Positions 9,169 to 17,342 of a stretch of 64,000 bases of DNA are shown here, piece by piece; positions within the stretch are counted from its first letter, which is position 1; every line of letters starts with the position of its first letter. The stretch spans positions 34,757 through 98,756 of IMG/VR virus record IMGVR_UViG_2775507096_000001. One strand, 5' to 3'. The notes beneath the pieces were generated by a model, which saw only the letters and a program-made list of their open reading frames with translations, was not told the origin of the DNA and ran no database searches. This DNA comes from a virus. Its lineage: Duplodnaviria; Caudoviricetes. The position numbers were made by a program, and so were the translations under genes.

Positions 9169-9214
9169 CCGGCCAGCACACGAGGGCCGGGGAGCAGGCA
9201 GCGCTCCCCGGCCC
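9157..9214 (+). repeat. 58-bp direct repeat, copy B
   Basis: Matches 8383-8440. Confidence 0.88.
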
Positions 9215-9288
9215 TCACGCCTGTTCTACCGCCCCACCAGACCGCAGACCACCACCACCCCCGACCCCGACGAGATAGGACGTCACAG

Positions 9289-9969
9289 ATGGCCACAGGA
9301 TGGACGATCCGCCCGATCCGCCTGCCCGACGAGCACCTGCCCACCGGCACCCGCGAGGGCGACTGGCAGTGCAGGGCCTGCGCCACGCCCTGGCCCTGCG
9401 AGACCGCCGGCGAGTTCCTGCGGCAGGGCCGCTGCACCTGCGGCGCCACCACCTGGTGGGAGACCCGAGGCCCACGGAACTGGCACGTCGGGCCCCGCTG
9501 CTACACGGCGACCGACGTCATCGTGCGCCAGGCCGCCGACCTGAAGGCGTACCGGGAGGCGCACCCGCACTACCCGCCGTCCCACTACTACCCGCCCAAG
9601 CCCAGGCGCGTCCGCCGGCAGAAGCCGCCGCACCGGCACCGCCCGGCCGCGCCCGGCGACATCCGCCCCGGCACCTGGACCTGGGTCAAGCCTGGAGCCC
9701 TGCACCCCGGCTGGGGCGACATCCACCAGCACGCCATGATCACCCGGCCCGGCCTGCCCAAGTGCGAGGTGTGGCTGACACTCGACGGCACCGTGCACGA
9801 CGTAAAGGCAGACCAGCTCATCCTGGCCGGCAGGCCCCGCAAGGACCGGCCCGCCTGGTGGGAATGGACGGTCGCCGCTCACCTCAACCACGACAGACCC
9901 GCAGCCCAGGAGAGCGGGAACCATACCGCGGTCCAACTGGACCTGCTCAGCGGCCACACGGACGTCTAA
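9289..9969 (+). CDS. Hypothetical Trp/Cys-rich protein (226 aa)
   Basis: H...CRAC..WPC and CTC motifs; ends in QLDLL. Confidence 0.68.
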   Translation: MATGWTIRPIRLPDEHLPTGTREGDWQCRACATPWPCETAGEFLRQGRCTCGATTWWETRGPRNWHVGPRCYTATDVIVRQAADLKAYREAHPHYPPSHYYPPKPRRVRRQKPPHRHRPAAPGDIRPGTWTWVKPGALHPGWGDIHQHAMITRPGLPKCEVWLTLDGTVHDVKADQLILAGRPRKDRPAWWEWTVAAHLNHDRPAAQESGNHTAVQLDLLSGHTDV

Positions 9970-10069
9970 GCAGACCAACCCCCCGAGCCTTCCCCCACTC
10001 CAAGACCAGACAACGAGGCCGTCACAGGCGGAACCCCGGACCTCACGGCGCGGACAACGCCCCCATCTG

Positions 10070-10126
10070 CCAGCCTTGCAGAAGTCTCAAACAGGCTTAT
10101 GCAAGGCTGGCAGATGGGGGTACTCT
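10070..10126 (+). promoter_or_regulatory. Probable leaderless promoter and operator of the PadR gene
   Basis: Inverted repeat CCAGCCTTGCA...TGCAAGGCTGG; -10 TACTCT (10121) 6 nt before the ATG. Confidence 0.55.
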
Positions 10127-10132
10127 CGTGTC

Positions 10133-10477
10133 ATGGAACAGAAGGACCTCACGCCCGCGGCGGTGAGGATCGCACAGACCTTCCTGGAAGACCCGACCCG
10201 CCGCTTCTACGCCACCGAACTGATGGAAGCCGCCCGCGTCGGCAGCGGCTCCCTCTACCCCGCCCTCGCCCGCATGCAGAAAGCCGGCTGGGTGGAAGAG
10301 GAGGACGAAGACGAGGAGACCGCCCGGCAGAACAACCGAAGGGCCCGCCGCTACTACTGGATGACCGGCGAAGGCGTCCGGGAAGCGCACTGCGCCCTCG
10401 TTGAACTGAGTGAAAGCGTGCGTCCGCCGGCATCCTCGCCGGGCTGGGGCCTCAACCCGAGCCCCAAGGGGGTCTGA
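10133..10477 (+). CDS. PadR-family winged-helix regulator
   Basis: FYATEL...GSGSLYPALARMQKAGWV...RRYYWMTGEG. Confidence 0.88.
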   Translation: MEQKDLTPAAVRIAQTFLEDPTRRFYATELMEAARVGSGSLYPALARMQKAGWVEEEDEDEETARQNNRRARRYYWMTGEGVREAHCALVELSESVRPPASSPGWGLNPSPKGV

Positions 10478-10482
10478 CCGAC

Positions 10483-11100
10483 ATGCACAACGCGATCGGC
10501 GCCAACCTGGCCACCAAGGCCGCCGAGGGAGCAACCTTCCTCGGCGAGGACTTCAACGGTTGGCGCGTCGCCTTCATCGTCGGAGTCATCGTGCCCATCG
10601 TCTGGGAGCTGGGCACTACCCTGACGCGACTGGCCACGCTAAGGCTCCCGTTCCTCGTGCTCTACGCGGCCCGGCTGAGCACCCCCAAGGAGGACTGGCC
10701 CCACCTCTCCCACGCCTGGAAGAACGAGCTGCACTTCATCCTCGACGACCCCTCGAAGAACTGGGCGCTCCGCTCCCTTAAGGGCTTGCTCTTCGCACTG
10801 CCCCTAGCGATTGGTGCAGCCCGTATCACCGCCAAGGTCGGTCGGGCCCGGGGTGCTTCCCGCCGCCGGAAACAACGCAAGTTGACCTGGTACGGCGAAC
10901 GGGCCAGCAGCATCGTGGGGTTCACGGCAGCCGTCGTATCCGTTGCGCAGTTGATTGGCGTGTCCACTTGGCCGATGATCCTGTTCACCGTACTGGGTTC
11001 CTTTGCGGTGCTGGTGATGTTCGCCGTGATGCTGGCCCGGCCGCGGAAGGTCAAAGGCGGCAGCGGCGACGAGGACTCCGACAAGTCCAGGCTGATGTAA
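10483..11100 (+). CDS. Multi-pass membrane protein downstream of PadR
   Basis: Several hydrophobic segments; lower GC3 in the 3' half. Confidence 0.7.
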   Translation: MHNAIGANLATKAAEGATFLGEDFNGWRVAFIVGVIVPIVWELGTTLTRLATLRLPFLVLYAARLSTPKEDWPHLSHAWKNELHFILDDPSKNWALRSLKGLLFALPLAIGAARITAKVGRARGASRRRKQRKLTWYGERASSIVGFTAAVVSVAQLIGVSTWPMILFTVLGSFAVLVMFAVMLARPRKVKGGSGDEDSDKSRLM

Positions 11101-11144
11101 GCTCCAATTCGGACGGTCGTTCGAGCAGCGGCGCGACCGCCCTC

Positions 11145-11218
11145 GCGCTGGTGCGTGTAAGCAACACGGCCCGACTTCCAGTCGGGCGTTCCAGGTGCAA
11201 GCCCTGGCCGGCGCTCCA
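11145..11218 (+). tRNA. tRNA-Gly (anticodon UCC) with atypical D- and T-loops and encoded CCA
   Basis: Acceptor GCGCTGG/CCGGCGC + T73 + CCA; D-stem CGTG/CACG with loop TAAGCAA; anticodon stem CCCGA/TCGGG with loop CTTCCAG (TCC at 11177-11179); T-stem CCAGG/CCTGG with loop TGCAAGC. Confidence 0.85.
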
Positions 11219-11256
11219 CGAAGGCCCCACCCAAGCCCCCGGGTGGGGCCCTTCGC
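11219..11256 (+). terminator. Hairpin directly after the tRNA (terminator or processing signal)
   Basis: GAAGGCCCCACCC-loop-GGGTGGGGCCCTTC. Confidence 0.55.
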
Positions 11257-11333
11257 ATTCCGTCCCACCGCTGACAATGGGCCACCGAACCCGCAGGTGT
11301 GCGCACTGCGCAGACGGACTTCAGGAGCGGCCC

Positions 11334-12677
11334 ATGTTCCACGGCTCGATACCCGCGCCCCTCCGCTCGATCATCTACGAGCACGCCGGGACCTGGCCCG
11401 GCGAGGACATCTACGTCGGCTGCTCGGGGAATTTCACGATCGAGCGGGTGCTGCACGCCCGGTTCGGCGACTCCCGCCGCGTCCACGGCAACGACATCCA
11501 GGCGTACAGCTGCGCCCTCGGCTGGTACCTCGCCGGCGACCCGCTCAACTACACACTGCGCGCGGAGTACGAGGAGTCCCTGGGCTGGCTCAAGCCCTAC
11601 CTGGAGGACCGCACAGACCTCCTCGCCACCCTGATGCTCGGCACCCGGTTCCTCCAGTACGTCGGCAAGGACGGCGCCTACTACCGGCGGATGATGGACG
11701 CCACCCGCGACCAGTGGGAGCGGATGCACGACAAGACCGCCACCAAGCTGCGCGGCCTCCAGACCCGCCTGGGCTCGTTCTTCGCCGGCGACGTCCGCGA
11801 CTACCTCGACTCCGAGGTGCCCCCGGACGCCCCCGTGGTGATGTTCCCCCCGTTCTACGCGAAGGACTACCAGGCGCAGTTCGCGAGCATCGACGCCGCG
11901 TTCGAGTGGCCCGAGCCGTCGTTCGACGAGCTGACCGAGGACGGCAAGGAACGCATCATCGAGCAGGTCCAGGACCGGCCGAACTGGGTGCTCGGCCTGC
12001 ACATCGAGCGCCCCGAGCTGCGGGACAAGCTGGCCGGCGTCGTACAGACCGCGAACCGCGGCCTGCCGATCTACGTGTACGCCGCCGCCGGCCCCCGCCG
12101 TATCGTCCGGCCCCGGCAGCCCGTCGAGCCGATCCCCATGCCGAAGATCGGGCAGGACGAGGAACTCGGCGACCGCATGACGCTCCACGTCCTCACCGGC
12201 GGCCAGTTCGCGGCGATCCGCTCCCAGTTCATGTCGAAGACCATCAAGCCCGGCAGCCCGCTCATCGCGTGCGGTGTCGCGGTCGACGGCAAGCTCATCG
12301 GCGCGTTCGCCTACCTGCCGCCCAAGTTCGACCCGAACACCGCCTACCTCATGTCGGACTTCCCCGTCTCCTGGACCCGGTACCGGCGCCTGTCGAAGCT
12401 CATCGTGATGGCCGCCTCCACGAAGGAAGCGCAGCTCCTCGTCCAGCGCAGCCTGTCCAAGCGGATCGACGGCTGGGCCACGACCGCGTTCACGGACCGG
12501 CCGAACAGCGCGAAATACGGCAGGGGCATCCCCGGCGTGAAGCTCCAGAAGCGCACCGAGCCCGGCGCCGACGGCATCCACCGCTACCAGCTCCAGTACG
12601 GCGGCCCCCTCGGCCAGTACGACCTGAACGAAGCCCTCACCCTCTGGAAGACCAAACACGGCAAGGACATGCGATGA
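11334..12677 (+). CDS. DNA-modification protein: N-terminal adenine-methyltransferase-like fold + C-terminal GNAT/Mom-like domain (447 aa)
   Basis: ATG after CAGGAG; YVGCSGNF (motif I-like), HGND, GDV, FPPFY (motif IV-like); C-terminal GVAVDGKLIGAFAY..YLMSDF..RRLSKLIV resembles a GNAT core. Confidence 0.65.
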   Translation: MFHGSIPAPLRSIIYEHAGTWPGEDIYVGCSGNFTIERVLHARFGDSRRVHGNDIQAYSCALGWYLAGDPLNYTLRAEYEESLGWLKPYLEDRTDLLATLMLGTRFLQYVGKDGAYYRRMMDATRDQWERMHDKTATKLRGLQTRLGSFFAGDVRDYLDSEVPPDAPVVMFPPFYAKDYQAQFASIDAAFEWPEPSFDELTEDGKERIIEQVQDRPNWVLGLHIERPELRDKLAGVVQTANRGLPIYVYAAAGPRRIVRPRQPVEPIPMPKIGQDEELGDRMTLHVLTGGQFAAIRSQFMSKTIKPGSPLIACGVAVDGKLIGAFAYLPPKFDPNTAYLMSDFPVSWTRYRRLSKLIVMAASTKEAQLLVQRSLSKRIDGWATTAFTDRPNSAKYGRGIPGVKLQKRTEPGADGIHRYQLQYGGPLGQYDLNEALTLWKTKHGKDMR

Positions 12678-13603
12678 CCACCAGCAGCCAGATCAGGCCC
12701 CGCCTCGTCCAGCGCGACCCGCGCCGCCTCACCCGCCTCGCCGTGAACGCGCACTACCAGACCAAGGAGGAGTACGACCGGCTCGTCGCGAACATCCGCG
12801 AGGACGGCTGCCTCACCTCCATCCCGCTGATCTACGGCGCCGGCGAGTACCCGGAGGGCGAGGAGCTGATCGTCTCCGGTAACCACCGCTGCGACGCCTC
12901 GGTAGAAGCCGGCCTGGACGAGATCACCTGCCTGCTCATCGACGACCCGCAGAGCCGCGACCAGCTCATCGCCCGCCAGCTGTCCCACAACGCCATCACC
13001 GGCAAGGACGACCCGGCCACCCTCCAGCAGCTGTACGACCAGATCGAAGACGTGGACTGGCGGGCCTACTCCGGCCTGGACGACGCCCAGCTCCAGCTCC
13101 TCGCCGAGGTCAGCCCCGAAGGGCTCTCCGAAGCGAATCTGGACTTCGCCACCGTGAGCCTGATCTTCCTGCCGATGGAGCTGGAAGCCGCCCGGGAAGC
13201 CTTCGAGCAGGCCCGCCTCGGCCAGAACGAGAGCTGGCTCGCCGCACGCGCCGACTACCAGCAGACCCTGGACACGCTCGCCTCCACGCACGCCGCGCAC
13301 AAGGTCGGCAACGTCGCCACAGCCCTCCACGCCATCCTCGCGATCGTCGAACGCCACCTGGACGAGCTTCAGGAGGGCTACACCGCCCCCGACGGCACCC
13401 ACCTCCACACCGGGCACGTCGGCCTGGAGACCGTCCTCGGCGCCCGCACCCTGCCCGCACCCGCCGCCGTCACCATCAACAAGGCCATCGCAGCCGCAGA
13501 AGGACGCGGCGAGATCGAGCAGGGGCAGGGCTGGCGCCTCCTCGAACGCCTCGCCGGCGAGTACCTGTCCGGCCCGAACCACACCCCCAGCGACCCGGCA
13601 TGA
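12674..13603 (+). CDS. ParB/Sulfiredoxin-like N-terminal domain protein (309 aa)
   Basis: ATGA overlap with upstream gene; YDRLVANIREDG..IP..IVSGNHR..A..AG..I.C..RQLSHN. Confidence 0.8.
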   Translation: MTTSSQIRPRLVQRDPRRLTRLAVNAHYQTKEEYDRLVANIREDGCLTSIPLIYGAGEYPEGEELIVSGNHRCDASVEAGLDEITCLLIDDPQSRDQLIARQLSHNAITGKDDPATLQQLYDQIEDVDWRAYSGLDDAQLQLLAEVSPEGLSEANLDFATVSLIFLPMELEAAREAFEQARLGQNESWLAARADYQQTLDTLASTHAAHKVGNVATALHAILAIVERHLDELQEGYTAPDGTHLHTGHVGLETVLGARTLPAPAAVTINKAIAAAEGRGEIEQGQGWRLLERLAGEYLSGPNHTPSDPA

Positions 13604-13815
13604 GCAGCGTCGGCATCCAGTTCATAGGCGGACCAGCCGACGGGCGAGCCCTCGCCATCCCCGGCGACCCCTGGAACCCACCCCACACCTACGAACTCCG
13701 CAATGTGGAAGGCCAGCGACTCTTCTACCGGCGTGAGGTCAACCCAGGCGACGACGGCCCCCTCTGGCACTACCGCTACGACCGCACCGTGCAACCGGAG
13801 GGACGGGCCACATGA
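13600..13815 (+). CDS. Hypothetical protein (71 aa)
   Basis: ATGA overlaps at both ends; FIGGPADG motif. Confidence 0.72.
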   Translation: MSSVGIQFIGGPADGRALAIPGDPWNPPHTYELRNVEGQRLFYRREVNPGDDGPLWHYRYDRTVQPEGRAT

Positions 13816-14408
13816 GCACCCGCCCACCCATCACCCTCAGCCCCGAACTCGACCCCTGGGAACGTCAGCCCAACGAGACCCCCCACAAACACGGACAGTT
13901 CGCCACCTACCGGGACCTCGGCCGCACCCGCACCCTGACCGAAGCCGCGCAGAGGCTGACACTCGCGTACGGGCACGTGAGGAACCTCGCCGCCCAGTAC
14001 CGGTGGCGAGAACGGGTCGAGGCGTACGACCGGCACCTGGACCGCCAGTACGAGGCGATGTGGCTGGAGGAGCGCCGCAAGGCCGCCGAGACCGACGCGA
14101 AGATCCTCGGCGCGGCGATCGGCAAGCTCGCCCAGCGGCTCACCACGCTGAACGCGGCCGAGCTGTCCGCCGGCGACTTCATCCGGCTGATGGACGTCGC
14201 CATGCGCCACCGCCGGGTGCTGTTCGGCGACCCCACGGAGACCATCGCCGTCACCAGCGAGGGCAGCAACGCGCTCGCGCAGCACTTCGCCGACTTCGCG
14301 CAGATGAGCCCGGAGCAGCGCCGGGCCCGACTCGGCGAGCTGGCGGCGTCGGTGAACCAGCGCATCAAGGCCGTCGACGGTGGCGACGACGAGGACGAGG
14401 AGGAGTAG
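13812..14408 (+). CDS. terS: Terminase small subunit (probable)
   Basis: PWERQPNET..F..YRDLG..R.L...WRERVEAYD helix-turn-helix-type motif; directly upstream of terL. Confidence 0.72.
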   Translation: MSTRPPITLSPELDPWERQPNETPHKHGQFATYRDLGRTRTLTEAAQRLTLAYGHVRNLAAQYRWRERVEAYDRHLDRQYEAMWLEERRKAAETDAKILGAAIGKLAQRLTTLNAAELSAGDFIRLMDVAMRHRRVLFGDPTETIAVTSEGSNALAQHFADFAQMSPEQRRARLGELAASVNQRIKAVDGGDDEDEEE

Positions 14409-14411
14409 CCC

Positions 14412-16004
14412 GTGACGACGGCCGTGGACGAGCTGGAGCACCTGGACGACGCGGAGGTCTACCGGCAGTTGGAGGCCGCGCGCCGCGCGATGAGCGCCGA
14501 CCTGCTACGGGACCCGGTGACGCTCGCCCGCGGCCTCGACCGCACGTTCCGGATGCGCCCGCACCTGAAGCTCATCGGTGAAGCCCTGGCCGAGGTAGGG
14601 CACGGCGGCCCGGACCGGCTGCTGATCCTGACCCCGCCCCAGGTGGGGAAGAGCACGACGGTCGCGGAGTGGTTCCCGTTCTGGTGGCTGTGCACGTACC
14701 CGGGCGACAAGGTCGCGGTCACCTCGTACGGCGACGACCTGGCGCTGCGACGCGGTAAGCGGATCCGCTCGTACGTCGAGGAGTACGGCGAGGAGTGGGA
14801 GCTGCGCCTGAAGGGCGGCTCCGGGGCGATGCAGGACTGGGAGGTCACCAAGGGCGGCGGTGTCCGCTCGGTGTCCGTCGGCAAGGGCCTGACCGGCTTC
14901 GACGTGAACCTGCTGATCATCGACGACCCGCACAAGGACCGCGCGGACGCCGAATCCGAGGCCGCCCGGCGGGCGCTGCACGACTGGTACAGCTCGGCGG
15001 CCCTGACCCGTCTCCAGCCCGACCGCAGCGCGGTGGTGGCGATCCAGACCCGGTGGCACCCCGACGATTTCGCCGGCCGCCGTATCGAGGAAGAGGGCCG
15101 GGTCGAGGACGGCGGCCGGTGGAAGGTGATCCACCTGCCCGCGGTCGCCGACCCCAAGTTCGGCCCGGACCCGCTCGGCCGGGAGGCGGGGGAGCCGCTG
15201 CCGCACCCGAAGATCCCCACCCGGGACGTGGCCCGGCTGCGCGGCTGGTGGGCGCAGAAGAAGGCAACGTCGATCGTCCGGGACTGGCACGCCCTCTATC
15301 AGGGCGACCCGCAGCCCGGTGAAGGAGCACTCGTGTCCGAGGAACTGCTGCGCCTGCTCCGCGACACCACCACACCGGTGGAGCCGCAGAAGATCGCCGT
15401 GTCCATCGACCCGTCCGGCGGCGGCCGGGACACCGCGGGCGTCATCGGTGGCTTCCTCGGCGACGACGGCCGCGTCTGGATCACCGACGACGTCTCGGCG
15501 CCGATGTCGTCGGCGGAGTGGTCCATGGCCGCGTGCCGGCTGGCGTACCGCACGAACGCGTCGATCATCTACGTGGAGTGGAACTTCGGCCGCGACATGT
15601 GCGTGCTGGCGGTCCAGACGTCGTGGGAGAAGCTCCAGCGGGAAGGGGAGATCCCGAACCACGTCCTGATGCCGGCGGTCCTCCCGGTGCGCGCGAAGCA
15701 GGGGAAGCTGCTGAGGGCGGAGCCGATCGCGCAGCAGATGGTGCAGGACAAGGTCCGGCTGCGCGGGGTGTTCACCGACCTGGAACGGGAGTGGGCGACC
15801 TGGCAGCCGACCGACCCCGACAGCCCCGGCCGGATCGACGCCTCCTGTGTCCTGGTGTACGGCCTGATCCCCGAGGCCAACGCGGGCGCGATCGTCCACG
15901 CTCCGCTCCCACAGGCCCCCCAGCCCAGCGGCGCGCGCACCGGCATACCGAGCAGCGTGCAACCGAACCGGCCGGCATCCCCGTACGGGCGTCGTATCGG
16001 CTGA
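14412..16004 (+). CDS. terL: Terminase large subunit
   Basis: Walker A PPQVGKS, Walker B LLIIDDP, QTRWH, LYQG.P, nuclease SIDPS...E.N.G...K..RAEP...SPGRIDA. Confidence 0.93.
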   Translation: MTTAVDELEHLDDAEVYRQLEAARRAMSADLLRDPVTLARGLDRTFRMRPHLKLIGEALAEVGHGGPDRLLILTPPQVGKSTTVAEWFPFWWLCTYPGDKVAVTSYGDDLALRRGKRIRSYVEEYGEEWELRLKGGSGAMQDWEVTKGGGVRSVSVGKGLTGFDVNLLIIDDPHKDRADAESEAARRALHDWYSSAALTRLQPDRSAVVAIQTRWHPDDFAGRRIEEEGRVEDGGRWKVIHLPAVADPKFGPDPLGREAGEPLPHPKIPTRDVARLRGWWAQKKATSIVRDWHALYQGDPQPGEGALVSEELLRLLRDTTTPVEPQKIAVSIDPSGGGRDTAGVIGGFLGDDGRVWITDDVSAPMSSAEWSMAACRLAYRTNASIIYVEWNFGRDMCVLAVQTSWEKLQREGEIPNHVLMPAVLPVRAKQGKLLRAEPIAQQMVQDKVRLRGVFTDLEREWATWQPTDPDSPGRIDASCVLVYGLIPEANAGAIVHAPLPQAPQPSGARTGIPSSVQPNRPASPYGRRIG

Positions 16005-16023
16005 CCCCGGCCGGCTGACCCCT

Positions 16024-16056
16024 TTGAACCCCCTCGGCATCCGCCAGGGGGTTCAA
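16024..16056 (+). terminator. Hairpin after terL
   Basis: TTGAACCCCCT-N11-AGGGGGTTCAA. Confidence 0.5.
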
Positions 16057-16318
16057 GGCTGTCTACGGCCGCTCTCAGCCCGTCCACCGCTGCCGCCTCC
16101 CCTTCTCCCCGCCCCTGGGTCACAGGCCCTCACAGGGCCCCCTATTCGATTCAGAATTCCTTTCCGGAAATTCCAGAATTCCACTGGATCAAGGGTTGTT
16201 TATTGGATAGAAAGTACTTGCACCACTCAACAACTCCCAGTTCCTTGCCAATTGAATAGCAGAATTCGAAAGCCTTGCCCGGCCAGAATGGCCGGGAAGA
16301 ACCAGATGGGAATCCGAC

Positions 16319-16735
16319 ATGGAATTCATCAAGGCCGTCGCTGACCTCCCCGTCGAGGACCGCCAGCAGCTCCGGAAGGCCGGCTTCGCCGCCTGCCTCC
16401 AGTTCGCTGTGGACCACGAGACGGGCTACCTGAAGGACTGCTGGGTCAGGGCACAGAACGCCGTCAAGGACCTCACCACGGACCTCGACCGCTACCACCG
16501 CCTCAGCGACCTCGCATGGGAAGAAGCGGCAAAGCTCCCCGGGATCAAGGACAGCAAGGAATACGGCCAGACCGACTACTTCGTCTGGGGAATCCGCTCC
16601 ATGCTCGAAGACCTCGAACCCGACGACGCCCTCGGCCGCTACTGGCGCGAAGACTTCGACAGCTACGTCAAGCGCTTCCACGCCAAGTTCGGGGACTGCA
16701 CGAAGCTCGGCTACTGCCCCTGCAAGAAGAAGTAA
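16319..16735 (+). CDS. Moron-like hypothetical protein (138 aa) with its own AT-rich upstream region
   Basis: Clean ORF; AT-rich 16140-16310 upstream; strong hairpin downstream. Confidence 0.8.
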   Translation: MEFIKAVADLPVEDRQQLRKAGFAACLQFAVDHETGYLKDCWVRAQNAVKDLTTDLDRYHRLSDLAWEEAAKLPGIKDSKEYGQTDYFVWGIRSMLEDLEPDDALGRYWREDFDSYVKRFHAKFGDCTKLGYCPCKKK

Positions 16736-16739
16736 CCCC

Positions 16740-16774
16740 AAAGGGCCCGGAAGGCACCGCCTTCCGGGCCCTTT
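16740..16774 (+). terminator. Intrinsic terminator
   Basis: AAAGGGCCCGGAAGGC-ACC-GCCTTCCGGGCCCTTT perfect 16-bp stem. Confidence 0.85.
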
Positions 16775-16936
16775 CCCGTACCGCCGATCCGTCGACCCGC
16801 AAACCTCCTCGGACCACCCACGCCGGCCCCGCCGACCCGACACCGGGGGGCTCGCCGTCGCTCGACACGGCAAGCCGCTCCCCAAGCCGCACAGCCCCTC
16901 CTGGGTGACCATCGCCGGGTGTCTACCCTCGGATGT

Positions 16937-17281
16937 ATGAGCACGATTCCGGACGCGCAGCCAGCCCGCCCGTGGCGCGAGGAGGACGGCCCCCGGCCCG
17001 AGGTGTGGACCTGGCCCAGGGCCGACCGGCCGGCGCTGAAGGTGATGTCGGGCGGGAAGTGGCGGCACGCCCCGGTCCTCGCCCGGCAGAACTGGCGCGA
17101 CGGCACGGTCCGCTACCAGGTCGAGGTCGACCTGCTCGGCGACACGACCACCCGGATCGTCACGTACCAGTGGCCACAGCCCGGCCTGCGGGTCGCCCGC
17201 CGCAGCAGCTCCGAGCCCACCAGGGGCGTACACGAGGCATGGCAAGGAGAGATGCCCCACCGCGGCCCCGCACAGGACTGA
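16937..17281 (+). CDS. Hypothetical protein, probably leaderless
   Basis: TACCCT -10 at 16924, 7 nt before the ATG; no SD. Confidence 0.68.
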   Translation: MSTIPDAQPARPWREEDGPRPEVWTWPRADRPALKVMSGGKWRHAPVLARQNWRDGTVRYQVEVDLLGDTTTRIVTYQWPQPGLRVARRSSSEPTRGVHEAWQGEMPHRGPAQD

Positions 17282-17342
17282 CCTGTCGGGCCGTCGACGG
17301 CCCCCGCACCGTAGCGGGCCCGGCAAACTGGTGGGCGTGAAA

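Noticed and set aside
7926-9214. Hairpin repeats as a CRISPR array
   Set aside because: Spacing is hundreds of bp with whole genes in between; no cas genes.
11145-11218. tRNA as the prophage attachment site or a decayed host tRNA
   Set aside because: It lies mid-element, about 51 kb from the integrase, with no duplicated 3' fragment seen. All four stems and the identity elements are intact, which argues against random decay.
10968-11333. 5' extensions of the ORFs listed as 10968-12677 and 11195-13603
   Set aside because: They run through the tRNA and its hairpin; SD-supported or coupled starts are at 11334 and 12674.
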